Positions 60,870-64,000 of a DNA stretch of 64,000 nt are shown piece after piece. Below the pieces are notes generated by a model. That model was not told where the DNA came from, ran no database searches, and worked only from the letters and a program-made list of their open reading frames with translations. The stretch covers positions 62,001-126,000 of the forward strand of contig NIVC01003052.1 of NCBI GenBank assembly GCA_002269645.1. The letters are read 5' to 3'. The stretch is from Macrostomum lignano (lineage: Eukaryota). The position numbers were made by a program, and so were the translations under genes. Positions within the stretch are counted from its first letter, which is position 1. Each line of letters starts with the position of its first letter.

Positions 60870-61709
60870 GTAAGCCTAGTGGTATTCAACCCGGGCAACA
60901 ATTCGCCCGAACAGCTGAAGCCACTACGGGATGGCCTCAGCCGTCTGGAACATGCTCGGCCGGGCCTGCACCTGACTCAGAATCTGATTCTGACCCAGCG
61001 TCGATTCTCCTCGGCATTTGGCAAACGCTTGGCTATGAAGCGCCTGCCAATGAAAGCTGAGCTAGTATTGGCCGACTTGTTCTTTCAGTTCCGGCCAGAC
61101 TTCTTTGACAGATGCCGATCGGCTCTGATGCAGCAGCAGCTGGCTGAGCAGCAAAGAGACGACAACGATGAGCAAGCGCCAGGGCCAAGCGACTCAGTGC
61201 TCAGCGTGGTACCATTCTCGCTCTATAGTAAAGAATTCTCAGCGTCATCATCAACAACCGCTGCTATTGACTCGCTATCAATCGATAAATCCACCGGCTA
61301 TTGGGATCACGAGTCGCGCGATATCTATTGTATTAGACGTCGGACATTTGATAAAGTTGGCGGATTTACTAGCAGCAGTAGTACTAGTAGCAAATTATCT
61401 GCAGACTCTGAGGCTGGCCAGCTGCTATCTACTGAGGCTAATAGGCGCCTATTCGCTAATATTGTACGACGCGGCTCGGCTACTATTGAATTGGTTCGTT
61501 CAGCCGATCCGGGCGTGTATTTAAATCATCACGTTTTACCTGGCGGCTGTCCCAGGTATGCTCTGTTTGGCTATATGACTCTGGCCGAGTGTCGGGCTAG
61601 ACTAGATCGAAGTCTGGCGTCTAGAGTGTCTCTGGCCGAGCGGATGCTGGGATCCGCTGATGACGCTGCCGCTGCTGCCGCCGGAGCTACAGGAACCACT
61701 GTCGGTTGA
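60870..61709 (+). CDS. CHPF-like exon 3 (terminal)
   Basis: Acceptor ccccgccag|GTA phase 0; VSLVVF, FFQFRPDFFDRCR, VLSVVPFSLY, GYWD; stop TGA at 61707-61709; spliced total 513 aa. Confidence 0.82.
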   Translation, partial: VSLVVFNPGNNSPEQLKPLRDGLSRLEHARPGLHLTQNLILTQRRFSSAFGKRLAMKRLPMKAELVLADLFFQFRPDFFDRCRSALMQQQLAEQQRDDNDEQAPGPSDSVLSVVPFSLYSKEFSASSSTTAAIDSLSIDKSTGYWDHESRDIYCIRRRTFDKVGGFTSSSSTSSKLSADSEAGQLLSTEANRRLFANIVRRGSATIELVRSADPGVYLNHHVLPGGCPRYALFGYMTLAECRARLDRSLASRVSLAERMLGSADDAAAAAAGATGTTVG

Positions 61710-61984
61710 GTTGTTTTTTTTTATTTGAGCTAGTAATAGCAGTATTGATTGATTGAGTTGTTTGTTTGATTCTTTCAAGTTTGTATGTGCATACAGTAGG
61801 AATATTGTATTGTTTAATGCTTTCCGGTTGCTTGGTTATGGCTTTGAAATCTGTTTGTTTTGCTTTTGGTCAGCTAAATGGTCTGCTTTGCATTGGTTGC
61901 TTTCTATAAGTATTCGCATTTGTTGCTAAGACCTTTTCTCAGATTGGTTGCTATGGGATAATGCATACGTTGGTTGTCAGGGCT

Positions 61985-62245
61985 AAGTATTCAGATTGGT
62001 TGCTATGGAAAATACTCAGATTAGTTGTTAAGGCAAATACTCAGATTGGTTGCTAGGGGCAGATGCTCAGATTGGTTGCTAGGGCAAATACTCAGATTGG
62101 TTGCTATGGCAAATAATCAGATTGGTTGCTAGGGCAAATACTCAGATTGGTTGCTATGGCAAATAATCAGATTGGTTGCTAGGGCAAATACTCAGATTGG
62201 TTGCTAGAGCTAATCGTTGGATTAGTTGCCAAGGCCTGAAAGATT
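61985..62245. repeat. ~25-bp minisatellite CAGATTGGTTGCTAGGGCAAATACT
   Basis: Tandem periodicity. Confidence 0.88.
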
Positions 62246-62894
62246 GGTTGGTCCAGGCGTGGTAAACTGCAAACTGCAAGTTGTTAATCCTGCTGTGTTT
62301 CATGTATGTATCAATAGCTTTTTTACTAGTCTACCTGTTCATTAATTTCCATGATTTAAGAAGTAAATTTGTATTGCCTAATTAAAATCATTAGCTAATT
62401 CTACCGCTAATCTCAAGCTCGCGTTTTTGCTCTAAGGTTGTTAAACTGTATGCTTAATAATCTGCTGAATCCATGTAAAAATTGTTATTACATGGTTTGG
62501 TTCTCTTTTATTGATTAATTGCATACTAAGTAATTAATAACAAAAGTAACTTATGTATTTGTAAATTAACATTTTAAACTCCCATCTGTTCTATAGATAT
62601 TTCTAAGAATTGGTTTTACTTTCGCTATTTTGTTACTACAGTACAGGTTATGGTAATTAGACAACTGAATGTGCTCAGCAACTCGCTCATCGGTTTTAAT
62701 TGATACTTTTTGTATATTGCATAGTGTCCTCTTATTTGTAACACGTGGTGAATTGGATTGCAGATTAACACGAAATATATATGCTTTCTGAAATTGTTTC
62801 ATTCATCTTCTAAAATCTTTTTTTTATTGAGGCCCGCAAATAAAATTGTTTTCTTATTCATTTTTTCAACTCTAGCAGTTACTTATTGTCTGAC

Positions 62895-64000
62895 TGCAAC
62901 CGCCCTCAGTCCCTGCAGCCACCCTCAATCCCCTGCAGCCTCCCTCAATCCCCTGCAGCCTCCCTCAATCCACTGCAGCCACCCTCAATCCCCTGCAGCC
63001 TCCCTCAATCCCCTGCAGCCTCCCTCAATCCACTGCAGCCACCCTCAATCCCCTGCAGCCTCCCTCAATCCCCTGCAACCACCCCTGCAGCCACCCTCAA
63101 TCCCCTGCAACCACCCCTGCAGCCACCCTCAATCCCCTGCAGCCACCCTCAATCCCCTGCAGCCACCCTCAATCCCCTGCAGCCACCCTCAATCCCCTGC
63201 AGCCACCCTCAATCCCCTGCAGCCACCCTCAATCCCCTGCAGCCACCCTCAATCCCCTGCAGCCACCCTCAATCCCCTGCAGCCACCCTCAATCCCCTGC
63301 AGCCACCCTCAATCCCCTGCAGCCACCCTCAATCCCCTGCAGCCACCCTCAATCCCCTGCAGCCACCCTCAATCCCCTGCAGCCACCCTCAATCCCCTGC
63401 AGCCACCCTCAATCCCCTGCAGCCACCCTCAATCCCCTGCAGCCACCCTCAATCCCCTGCAGCCACCCTCAATCCCCTGCAACCACCCCTGCAGCCACCC
63501 TCAATCCCCTGCAGCCTCCCTCAATCCCCTGCAGCCACCCTCAATTTCCTGCAGCCACCCTCAATCCCCTGCAACCACCCCTGCAACCACCCTCAATCCC
63601 CTGCAGCCACCCTCAATCCCCTGCAGCCGCCCTCAATTTCCTGCAGCCGCCCTCAATCCCCTGCAGCCACCCTCAATCCCCTGCAGCCACCCTCAATCCC
63701 CTGCAGCCACCCTCAATCTCCTGCAGCCACCCTCAATCCCCTGCAACCACCCCTGCAGCCACCCTCAATCCCCTGCAGCCTCCCTCAATCCCCTGCAGCC
63801 ACCCTCAATTTCCTGCAGCCACCCTCAATCCCCTGCAACCACCCCTGCAACCACCCTCAATCCCCTGCAGCCACCCTCAATCCCCTGCAGCCGCCCTCAA
63901 TTTCCTGCAGCCGCCCTCAATCCCCTGCAGCCGCCCTCAATTTCCTGCAGCCGCCCTCAATCCCCTGCAGCCGCCCTCAATTTCCTGCAGCCACCCTCAA
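62895..64000. repeat. 20-bp minisatellite AGCCACCCTCAATCCCCTGC (runs off window end)
   Basis: Exact 20-bp periodicity; G-rich on the minus strand. Confidence 0.97.

Noticed and set aside
1673-61709. General C-rich sense-strand bias of intronic satellites
   Set aside because: It holds for several introns, but UTP18 introns 1 and 3 have G-rich sense units; not consistent.

Overview
Eukaryotic (metazoan) genomic DNA. Compact GC-rich exons sit in a matrix of minisatellites and decayed DNA transposons, and almost every intron is filled by its own tandem repeat. This style resembles a free-living flatworm such as Macrostomum (inference, not proven). By walking GT-AG junctions and reading-frame phase I reconstructed seven genes: (1) an unknown 5-exon low-complexity protein (minus, 8188-1673); (2) an intronless rhodopsin-like 7TM GPCR with polyQ (14890-16005); (3) an F-box/LRR-like gene (minus, about 27908/27164-22161); (4) UTP18 (minus, 5 exons, 39199-30565); (5) a BET1-like Qc-SNARE (minus, 41665-41303); (6) an isochorismatase-fold protein with an inserted CxxC-CxxC motif (56981-57628); (7) a CHPF/chondroitin-synthase-like protein lacking the N-terminal transferase domain (58879-61709). 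Mobile DNA includes Tc1/IS630-like derivatives, a Penelope-like retroelement with inverted pLTRs and hammerhead-like cores, a spliced MULE remnant, a hAT MITE with a perfect 8-bp TSD, foldback elements and a tRNA-headed SINE-like family. Most long ORFs in the supplied track are artefacts of tandem repeats. All family assignments come from motif recognition by eye; no database search was run.
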